This document shows, one piece after another, positions 21,868 through 30,386 of a DNA stretch of 64,000 nt. Both the position numbers and the translations under genes were made by a program. Origin of the DNA: Marsupella aquatica. Taxonomy: Eukaryota; Plantae; Marchantiophyta. Every line of letters starts with the position of its first letter. Within the stretch, counting starts at the first letter, position 1. The DNA is taken from assembly GCA_973895155.1 (NCBI GenBank), contig OZ316892.1, positions 386,917-450,916 of the forward strand. The letters are read 5' to 3'. The notes beneath the pieces were generated by a model. That model was not told the origin of the DNA, did not search any database, and saw only the letters and a list, made by a program, of their open reading frames with translations.

Positions 21868-24800
21868 ATGCCGCTAAGCCGCGGAAACGGCCTCGCCAAG
21901 CACGAAACCTGCGAGAATCGGCTTGAGCTGGGGGGTTTCTTGGGTTTAGGGAGCCATGGGACGCACCACATCGCTCGATTGTGGGAGCTGCAGAAGACGG
22001 CTTTCTTAGGAGGCGAACTCATCAAGGACGAGTTCCTGTGGACGCCTACTTCCAATCAACTCGACGATCTTCTGTTTTTCAAAGACAGCGTCGTCGGCAT
22101 CCGAGAGGCCATCAAGAACTGCAACGACATACACTGGGAATTAAAGGGTAGCACAGAAAGGTGGACCCAGGCAACGGTGCTAGGAGAAACCTCCATGGCA
22201 GCAAAGATGAAGAGGAAGGGAGCCGTCAACGATGAAGCCACCCCGGCAAAAAGAACGAGGTCGGCGACACCAAAGAGGCCAGCCGAGCAGCAGAGCAGGA
22301 GGCAGGGAGAAGCCCAAGAGGAGGAGGTCGATCCTATCAAGGCCATTCCAACCAGGGATGACACCTGGAAGGGCTGGGCGGCAACCCTACCGGTGGAGGT
22401 GCAACTACATTTTGCACGGGAGGAGGATGCATGCTTTACGGCCATGCAGACCAAGAAGTACCAAGGCTTCATGGCCGGATCCGGCTTGGAGGCCTTTGTA
22501 AGATTACCATGGCTGAAGCTGGAGGTACCGGAGTCAGACCTATTAGAATTCGTGGGGTCATGGGAACCCGAGACCAATTGCACGAGGATATATGGGAAGG
22601 ATTTCTATCTTACTCCCAAGGTAATTGTCGAAGTGTTTGGCTTGCCGATAGGCAATAAGACCAAAGTTGATACCAGGAAGACCCTGCCTGACAAGGAGTT
22701 CCGGTCATTCCCCGGGCCATCAACGAAGAATGGCTTCTTCCAGAACACCTGCACCAATCCGCACATAGGAGAGATGATCGACTTCTTGTGGGTGACCATG
22801 CATTGTAACTTGCCGAGGGCAGAGATCGGCAAGGCACAGGTCTATCTGGCAGAAAGGCCAGACCCAAGCCGGGACTACAACGGGTACCTCCTCAACCAAT
22901 TGAAGAAGATCTTAAAGGAGGAGCAGCAGGTAATCGGCATGGGGAGCGTGTCGCGGCTTGGCTATCACATGCCGCTGTTGTGCCGGTATGCCAGAGGTCA
23001 GACTTTTGCCCCGGTACTTCCCCTGCAGGTAAGGGCACCCGAGGAAGCTCCAACGCCGAGGCCGTTGGCTGAGAAGCCTCAACCACCTGTTAGTCCTACG
23101 ATCGAGCAGGTGTTTAGGCCCAGGAAGGAAGACTTGCCGATGCAGCAACCAGGCATGCAGAGTCTGCTGAAACTACTGGAGAAAGAAAAGAAATCGGCAT
23201 CGGCAACAACAACGGCAACGGCAACAATGCAGGACACTACTACAGAGGTAGGCCTACACCGGCTCACAAGAGAAAACCCCTTTGCTGGAGACAAGGAGAG
23301 AATCAGGCCAGAATCCAAGCCAGGTGTTCGAATGTACGTGGGAACCTCAAGCTCCGAATCTGAGGCAGAATTGCCTGAAGCTCCTACCGACGAAGAGGAG
23401 AGGGAGAAGCCGGACGTCCAAGAGGTAGAGGAGGCAGTGGAGGACTGCAGCCATGATAATTCCGGCTATGGGTCGGACCATCACGTTCCAGGAGTAAGGA
23501 CCTGTGGCTGGTTTGTCCCCACACTTCCAAGGGTAGTGCGAGGGGACCCCAACCAGCAGAGTAGCCCTGAGTCTCCCCCACCAGATGTTGCTCCCCCGAG
23601 CTTCGACGGCATAAAACAGACGGTGCAGGAATTTCAGGAGCGAATCAAGCAGGAGGAGGAGGCCGCCCTGGCTAAGGAAAAGGATTTACCAGGAGGAGAT
23701 TGGCCGGAGGACATCAGGCGGCTAGCCAAAAAAGGAAGCAAACCTCTAGCCACGATTGAAGAGATCCGCAGGACGGCTTGGGAGCAGAGGCCGCGATGGG
23801 CGATGCCGATCACTTCTACTTACTCCACCTACGCTAAGAATAGAGCCATGGAGTATGGTGAGATGTGTGGGGAACTTGCGCTCGGCATCTTTGGAGAGGA
23901 GTTGGAAGTAGGACCCTTTTTCCATAGGGAGCAGTTGGAGAAGCACCAATTAGAAGAAGCGGTGGCTTTAGAGAGAAGCAAGAAGGACGAGGTCATTCGG
24001 CGGCTTAGGAGGATGGAAGCCGAGATTGAAGATCTAAGGGCGGCCAAGAAAGCCCAAGATGAACTGCGGATTAAACGACATAAGCTGAACATCATGCAGG
24101 GGCAGTTGGACACCGCGCAGGCTGATAATCAGAATATCAAGGATAAACTGACTCAGACGCAGGAAGAGTTGGCCGACACGATCAAAGAGAGGGAGAAGTG
24201 GAAGCAAGAGCTGAAGAATACAGAGGAGGCCCACATAACAGCCAACAGCCGGGCCATGGCGGAGACCCAAAGAAAGGAATGGGCGTTGAAAGGGGAGCTC
24301 GAGAAAATCCGCGGAGCCCTTGAGCAGAAGGAGGCCGAGTTAGGGAAATCCTATCAAGGGATTATGGCGCTGCAGCAGGAGCTTGCGTCCCTGACGGCCA
24401 GCTTCAAGGCCGACCTAAGGGAGAAGGACGAGATGCTCGAACAGACTTACGCCAAGATGAACCAGATGGAGTCTGTCATCATTGCAGAGCTCGACAAGGA
24501 GCTAAGAGCAACCCAGGAGGAGAGGGCTACCTTGAAGAAGGAATTGGAGGAAGCCCACAGGGAGCAGGAGGAGGCCAAAAACGAGCTGGAGGGGGCACGT
24601 AAGGACCTGGATGAAACCCAAGAGGAGTTGGAGGAAATCACGAGGAAGATGGAGAACCTACAGCGGCAGGCCGACAACCAAACAGAGCGGCTGAAGAAAC
24701 AAGCCGCAGTATTTAAATGCTTAGCTGCAGCAGGTCCATCTCCCGTTGGGACAAACCAGTTACCAGGGGTGGTAATTGCCGAAGGACAAGCCGCGCCAAC

Positions 24801-25218
24801 TGCACCAGTGCCGGAAGTAAGTGGGAAGGGGAAGGGACCAGCTGCCAAGCCACCAACGAAGAAGAAGCGGAAACCTTCAGGGTCAAGGAGTAATACGACT
24901 TCACAGGCCATGGTGATCAAGGAGGTAGACCCAGCACCGACCCCAGACAGGGTCACGGCTAAGGATCCAACTACCCTAGGGGAAGGGGAGGCCGAAGCCG
25001 AGGGAGTGGCTGAAGCCGAAGCCGTGGGAGTGGCTGAGGCCGAAGCCGTGGGTATTGCCGAGGCCGGTGTCGAGGCTGAAGCCGAAGGTGGACCCAGTCA
25101 GGCCGATGGAGAGTTGACTCGGTCAAGGGTAGGTAATCTGTCAGTAGGCGGGCCAACGGCAGTGGCTGAGGAGGAAGTGTTGGGGGCGTCCATTGAGGAT
25201 CCACCACCGGTGTCGTGA
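21868..25218 (+). CDS. junction-fusion version of the LTR protein (1116 aa; U5-derived ATG fused in frame to the truncated ORF)
   Basis: MPLSRG...THHI|ARLWELQ reads across the LTR-end/TCGCT junction; expression unknown. Confidence 0.55.
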   Translation: MPLSRGNGLAKHETCENRLELGGFLGLGSHGTHHIARLWELQKTAFLGGELIKDEFLWTPTSNQLDDLLFFKDSVVGIREAIKNCNDIHWELKGSTERWTQATVLGETSMAAKMKRKGAVNDEATPAKRTRSATPKRPAEQQSRRQGEAQEEEVDPIKAIPTRDDTWKGWAATLPVEVQLHFAREEDACFTAMQTKKYQGFMAGSGLEAFVRLPWLKLEVPESDLLEFVGSWEPETNCTRIYGKDFYLTPKVIVEVFGLPIGNKTKVDTRKTLPDKEFRSFPGPSTKNGFFQNTCTNPHIGEMIDFLWVTMHCNLPRAEIGKAQVYLAERPDPSRDYNGYLLNQLKKILKEEQQVIGMGSVSRLGYHMPLLCRYARGQTFAPVLPLQVRAPEEAPTPRPLAEKPQPPVSPTIEQVFRPRKEDLPMQQPGMQSLLKLLEKEKKSASATTTATATMQDTTTEVGLHRLTRENPFAGDKERIRPESKPGVRMYVGTSSSESEAELPEAPTDEEEREKPDVQEVEEAVEDCSHDNSGYGSDHHVPGVRTCGWFVPTLPRVVRGDPNQQSSPESPPPDVAPPSFDGIKQTVQEFQERIKQEEEAALAKEKDLPGGDWPEDIRRLAKKGSKPLATIEEIRRTAWEQRPRWAMPITSTYSTYAKNRAMEYGEMCGELALGIFGEELEVGPFFHREQLEKHQLEEAVALERSKKDEVIRRLRRMEAEIEDLRAAKKAQDELRIKRHKLNIMQGQLDTAQADNQNIKDKLTQTQEELADTIKEREKWKQELKNTEEAHITANSRAMAETQRKEWALKGELEKIRGALEQKEAELGKSYQGIMALQQELASLTASFKADLREKDEMLEQTYAKMNQMESVIIAELDKELRATQEERATLKKELEEAHREQEEAKNELEGARKDLDETQEELEEITRKMENLQRQADNQTERLKKQAAVFKCLAAAGPSPVGTNQLPGVVIAEGQAAPTAPVPEVSGKGKGPAAKPPTKKKRKPSGSRSNTTSQAMVIKEVDPAPTPDRVTAKDPTTLGEGEAEAEGVAEAEAVGVAEAEAVGIAEAGVEAEAEGGPSQADGELTRSRVGNLSVGGPTAVAEEEVLGASIEDPPPVS

Positions 25219-26139
25219 CGGTGCAAGGGCACCGTTCCTTTTAGGGAAGGCGGACGTGGAGGGAGGAGGCGTGAGTGGGCAGGGCGGGCGCGGATCTCCA
25301 CGTTTAGGATTAGGATCAGAACCAGGAGCGGCCCTGACACTTAGCTTAGTGGGATTGCGGTCCCACTGGTAGGAGCAACACTTGTGCTCCTGCCTTGCTG
25401 TACATAGGTAGATTCGGGCAAGTAGATTACTGTTAAGTAGATTAGGCTTACGATGCAAAGAATGGCTGATCCACTACCAGGATAAGTACCTGGGCAGCGG
25501 GGAGCTCAGGGCCTCTTCTTTAGCAAGTTTTTAGTTTGCACCAGCCGGGCTGGGATCAAGTAGTACGAGAAGCTCTCGGTTAGTCATACAGTGACCCTTG
25601 TGTATATTCATGTTTCCTCATGCCTAAGAGCTGAATAGAGTTGGCCTCACGGCTTAGTTCGTAGAACTTGTGTATGAGATGTACTGTTTGTATGGCAAGT
25701 GCATGGTATGACTCAGTCAGAATGAGTCATTTTGCTATTTGTGTGTCGCATTAACCTATGTGAAGAGTGCCCACATCAATAGAAGGAAGGAAAGTAAGCA
25801 GGGGAGTGAGAGTTGGATGTGTCGAGCTGAGAGAGGTCTTAGCGGCTTAACCAAGCCTATTGGGGATCATTCCGGCGGTGGAATCCAAACATACCTAACA
25901 AAACGGAGGGGAAGACAGGGGAAGACAGGGGAAGGCCTATATTAGGCCGGCTACGTATCTCATGACCTGATGAAGGATCTGTCCAGTATATGTGTGTAAA
26001 ATGTTAATAGTAGTAGTAGAAGGTTAGCAGCGTCCCATGCCGCTAAGCCGCGGAAATGGCCTCGCCAAGCACGAAACCTGCGAGAATCGGCTTGAGCTGG
26101 GGGGTTTCTTGGGTTTAGGGAGCCATGGGACGCACCACA
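21971..26139 (+). repeat. 5'-truncated LTR unit (LTR position 492 to end), 4169 bp, type-A ORF tail
   Basis: Starts TCGCTCGATTG, ends GCACCACA. Confidence 0.93.
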
Positions 26140-29100
26140 TCGCTCGATTGTGGGAGCTGCAGAAGACGGCTTTCTTAGGAGGCGAACTCATCAAGGACGA
26201 GTTCCTGTGGACGCCTACTTCCAATCAACTCGACGATCTTCTGTTTTGCAAAGACAGCGTCGTCGGCATCCGAGAGGCCATCAAGAACTGCAACGACATA
26301 CACTGGGAATTAAAGGGTAGCACAGAAAGGTGGACCCAGGCAACGGTGCTAGGAGAAACCTCCACGGCAGCAGAGATGAAGAGGAAGGGAGCCGTCAACG
26401 ATGAAGCCACCCCGGCAAAAAAAACGAGGTCGGCGGCACCAAAGAGGCCAGCCGAGCAGCAGAGCAGGAGGCAGGGAGAAGCCAAAGAGGAGGAGGTCGA
26501 TCCCATCAAGGCCATTCCAACCAGGGATGACACCTGGAAGGGCTGGGCGGCAACCCTACCGGTGGAGGTGCAACTACATTTTGCACGGGAGGAGGATGCA
26601 TGCTTTACGGCCATGCAGACCAAGAAGTACCAAGGCTTCATGGCCGGATCCGGCTTGGAGGCCTTTGTAAGATTACCATGGCTGAAGCCGGAGGTACCGG
26701 AGTCAGACCTATTAGAATTCGTGGGGTCATGGGAACCCGAGACCAATTGCACGAGGATATATGGGAAGGATTTCTATCTTACTCCCAAGGTAATTGCCGA
26801 AGTGTTTGGCTTGCCGATGGGCAATAAGACCAAAGTTGATACCAGGAAGACCTTGCCTGACAAGGAGTTCCGGTCGTTCCCCGGGCCATCAACGAAGAAT
26901 GGCTTCTTCCGGAACACCTGCACCAACCCGCACATAGGAGAGATGATCGACTTCTTGCGGGTGACCATGCATTGTAACTTGCCGAGGGCAGAGATCGGCA
27001 AGGCACAGGTCTATCTGGCAGAAAGGCCAGACCCAAGCCGGGACTACAACGGGTACCTCCTCAACCAATTGAAGAAGATCTTAAAGGAGGAGCAGCAGGT
27101 AATCGGCATGGGGAGCGTGTCGCGGCTTGGCTATCACATGCCGCTGTTGTGCCGGTATGCCAGAGGTCAGACTTTTGCCCCGGTACTTCCCCTGCAGGTA
27201 AGGGCACCCGAGGAAGCTCCAACACCGAGGCCGTTGGCTGAGAAGCCTCCACCACCTGTTAGTCCTACGATCGAGCAGGTGTTTAGGCCCAGGAAGGAAG
27301 ACTTGCCGATGCAGCAACCAGGCATGCAGAGTCTGCTGAAACTACTGGAGAAAGAAAAGAAATCGGCATCGGCAACAACAACGGCAACGGCAACAATGCA
27401 GGACACTACTACAGAGGTAGGCCTACACCGGCTCACAAGAGAAAACCCCTTTGCTGGAGACAAGGAGAGAATCAGGCCGGAATCCAAGCCAGGTGTTCGA
27501 ATGTACGTGGGAACCTCAAGCTCCGAATCTGAGGCAGAATTGCCTGAAGCTCCTACCGACGAAGAGGAGAGGGAGAAGCCGGACGTCCAAGAAGTAGAGG
27601 AGGCAGTGGAGGATTGCAGCCATGATAATTCCGGCTATGGGTCGGACCATCACATTCCAGGAGTAAGGACCTGTGGCCGGTTTGTCCCCACACTTCCAAG
27701 GGTAGTGCGAGGGGACCCCAACCAGCAGAGTAGCCCTGAGTCTCCCCCACCAGATGTTGCTCCCCCGAGCTTCGACGGCATAAAACAGACGGTGCAGGAA
27801 TTTCAGGAGCGAATCAAGCAGGAGGAGGAGGCCGCCCTGGCTAAGGAAAAGGATTTACCAGGAGGAGATTGGCCGGAGGACATCAGGCGGCTAGCCAAAA
27901 AAGGAAGCAAACCTCTAGCCACGATTGAAGAGATCCGCAGGACGGCTTGGGAGCAGAGGCCGCGATGGGCGATGCCGATCACTTCTACTTACTCCACCTA
28001 CGCTAAGAATAGAGCCATGGAGTATGGTGAGATGTGTGGGGAACTTGCGCTCGGCATCTTTGGAGAGGAGTTGGAAGTAGGACCCTTTTTCCATAGGGAG
28101 CAGTTGGAGAAGCACCAATTAGAAGAAGCGGTGGCTTTAGAGAGAAGCAAGAAGGACGAGGTCATTCGGCGGCTTAGGAGGATGGAAGCCGAGATTGAAG
28201 ATCTAAGGGCGGCCAAGAAAGCCCAAGATGAACTGCGGATTAAACGACATGAGCTGAACATCATGCAGGGGCAGTTGGACACCGCGCAGGCTGATAATCA
28301 GAATATCAAGGATAAACTGACTCAGACGCAGGAAGAGTTGGCCGACACGATCAAAGAGAGGGAGAAGTGGAAGCAAGAGCTGAAGAATACAGAGGAGGCC
28401 CACATAACAGCCAACAGCCGGGCCATGGCGGAGACCCAAAGAAAGGAATGGGCATTGAAAGGGGAGCTCGAGAAAATCCGCGGAGCCCTTGAGCAGAAGG
28501 AGGCCGAGTTAGGGAAATCCTATCAAGGGATTATGGCGCTGCAGCAGGAGCTTGCGTCCCTAACGGCCAGCTTCAAGGCCGACCTAAGGGAGAAGGACGA
28601 GATGCTCGAACAGACTTACGCCAAGATGAACCAGATGGAGTCTGTCATCATTGCAGAGCTCGACAAGGAGCTAAAAGCAACCAAGGAGGAGAGGACTACC
28701 TTGAAACAAGAACGGGAGGAAGCCCAGAAGGAACTAGAGGAGGCACGCAAGGACCTGGATGAGACCCAGGAGGAGTTGGAGGAAATCACGAGGAAGATGG
28801 AGAACCTCCAGCGGCGGGCCGACAACCAAACGGAGCGGCTGAAGAAACAAGCCGCAGTATTTAGGTGCTTGTCTTCATCAGGCCCAACTCCAATTGGGGC
28901 AACCAAGTTACCAGGAGTGGTACTGGCCGAAGAAAAAGCCGCGCCAACTGCACCAGTGCCGGAGGTAAGTGGGAAGGGGAAGGGACCAGCTGCCGAACCA
29001 GAAAAGAAGAAAAAGCGGAAACCTTCAGGGTCAAGGAGTAATCCGACTCCACAAGCCGTGGTGACCAAAGAGGTAGAACCAGCACCATCCTCCGACATGA

Positions 29101-29396
29101 ATACGGCAATAGATCCCGCTATGATCACAGGTAGGGATGGTGCGGCCCAAGCCGAACTACTCAATAAGGAGGCCAGTATTCCAGATCCGCCTCTTGAGCA
29201 GGCCGGGGAGACCGTAGCCGAGGCTGAGGCCGTAACCGATTCTCGAGCCGATGCCGACGCCGATGGTGGACCCAGTCAGGCCGATGGAGAGTTGACTCAG
29301 TCAAGGGCAGGTAATCTGTCAGGGAATGAGCCTACGGCAGTGGCTGAGGAGGAAGCGTTGGGGGCGTCCATTAAGGATCCACCACCGGTGTCGTGA
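26037..29396 (+). CDS. junction-fusion version of the LTR protein (1119 aa, type-B C-terminus)
   Basis: Open frame; tail RCLSSSGPTPIG... differs from type A. Confidence 0.55.
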   Translation: MPLSRGNGLAKHETCENRLELGGFLGLGSHGTHHIARLWELQKTAFLGGELIKDEFLWTPTSNQLDDLLFCKDSVVGIREAIKNCNDIHWELKGSTERWTQATVLGETSTAAEMKRKGAVNDEATPAKKTRSAAPKRPAEQQSRRQGEAKEEEVDPIKAIPTRDDTWKGWAATLPVEVQLHFAREEDACFTAMQTKKYQGFMAGSGLEAFVRLPWLKPEVPESDLLEFVGSWEPETNCTRIYGKDFYLTPKVIAEVFGLPMGNKTKVDTRKTLPDKEFRSFPGPSTKNGFFRNTCTNPHIGEMIDFLRVTMHCNLPRAEIGKAQVYLAERPDPSRDYNGYLLNQLKKILKEEQQVIGMGSVSRLGYHMPLLCRYARGQTFAPVLPLQVRAPEEAPTPRPLAEKPPPPVSPTIEQVFRPRKEDLPMQQPGMQSLLKLLEKEKKSASATTTATATMQDTTTEVGLHRLTRENPFAGDKERIRPESKPGVRMYVGTSSSESEAELPEAPTDEEEREKPDVQEVEEAVEDCSHDNSGYGSDHHIPGVRTCGRFVPTLPRVVRGDPNQQSSPESPPPDVAPPSFDGIKQTVQEFQERIKQEEEAALAKEKDLPGGDWPEDIRRLAKKGSKPLATIEEIRRTAWEQRPRWAMPITSTYSTYAKNRAMEYGEMCGELALGIFGEELEVGPFFHREQLEKHQLEEAVALERSKKDEVIRRLRRMEAEIEDLRAAKKAQDELRIKRHELNIMQGQLDTAQADNQNIKDKLTQTQEELADTIKEREKWKQELKNTEEAHITANSRAMAETQRKEWALKGELEKIRGALEQKEAELGKSYQGIMALQQELASLTASFKADLREKDEMLEQTYAKMNQMESVIIAELDKELKATKEERTTLKQEREEAQKELEEARKDLDETQEELEEITRKMENLQRRADNQTERLKKQAAVFRCLSSSGPTPIGATKLPGVVLAEEKAAPTAPVPEVSGKGKGPAAEPEKKKKRKPSGSRSNPTPQAVVTKEVEPAPSSDMNTAIDPAMITGRDGAAQAELLNKEASIPDPPLEQAGETVAEAEAVTDSRADADADGGPSQADGELTQSRAGNLSGNEPTAVAEEEALGASIKDPPPVS

Positions 29397-30317
29397 CGGT
29401 GCAAGGGCGCCGTTCCTTTTAGGGAGGGCGGACGTGGAGGGAGGAGGCGTGAGTGGGCAGGGCGGGCGCGGATCTCCACGTTTAGGATTAGGATCAGAAC
29501 CAGGAGTGGCCCTGACACTTAGCTTAGTGGGATTGCGGTCCCACTGGTAGGAGCAACACTTGTGCTCCTGCCTTGCTGTACGTAGGTAGATTCGGGCAAG
29601 TAGATTACTGTTAAGTAGATTAGGCTTACGATGCAAAGAATGGCGGATCCACTACCAGGATAAGTACCTGGGCAGCGGGGAGCTCAGGGCCTCTTCTTTA
29701 GCAAGTTTTTAGTTTGCACCAGCCGGGCTGGGATCATGTAGTACGAGAAGCTCTCGGTTAGTCATACAGTGACCCTTGTGTATATTCATGTTTCCTCATG
29801 CCTAAGAGCTGAATAGAGTTGGCCTCACGGCTTAGTTCGCAGAACTTGTGTATGAGATGTACTGTTTGTATGGCAAGTGCATGGTATGACTCAGTCAGAA
29901 TGAGTCATTTTGCTATTTGTGTGTCGCATTAACTTGTGTGAAGAGTGCCCACATCAACAGAAGGAAGGAAAGTAAGCAGGGGAGTGAGAGTTGGATGTGT
30001 CGAGCTAAGAGAGGTCTTAGCGGCTTAACCAAGCCTGTTGGGGATCATTCCGGTGGCGGAATCCAAACATACCTAACAAGACGGAGGGGAAGACAGGGGA
30101 AGACAGGGGAAGGCCTATATTAGGCCGGCTACGTATCTCATGACCCGATGAAGGATCTGTCCAGTATATGTGTGTAAAATGTTAATAGTAGTAGTAGAAG
30201 GTTAGCAGCGTCCCATGCCGCTAAGCCGCGGAAACGGCCTCGCCAAGCACGAAACCTGCGGGAATCGGCTTGAGCTGGGGGGCTTCTTGGGTTTAGGGAG
30301 CCATGGGACGCACCACA
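26140..30317 (+). repeat. 5'-truncated LTR unit, 4178 bp, type-B ORF tail; serves as 5' LTR of internal region 1
   Basis: Same TCGCT junction; followed by the PBS. Confidence 0.93.
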
Positions 30318-30321
30318 TTTT

Positions 30322-30339
30322 TGGCGCTAGATGGAGGGG
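30322..30339 (+). promoter_or_regulatory. primer-binding site, probably tRNA-Asn
   Basis: TGGCGCTAGATGGAGGGG 4 nt after the LTR end; from memory, one mismatch to the complement of the plant tRNA-Asn(GUU) 3' end (TGGCGCTAGAAGGAGGGG). Confidence 0.75.
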
Positions 30340-30386
30340 GCATTTCTTAAGCCGTGAGATATGAAGTTAGAACGGAAGCGTAGGTA

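Larger units (their letters stand above)
17311..21970 (+). repeat. complete 4660-bp LTR C (solo-LTR configuration, TSD TCGCT)
   Basis: TGTGATGC...GCACCACA imperfect terminal inverted repeats; TCGCT at 17306-17310 and 21971-21975. Confidence 0.95.
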
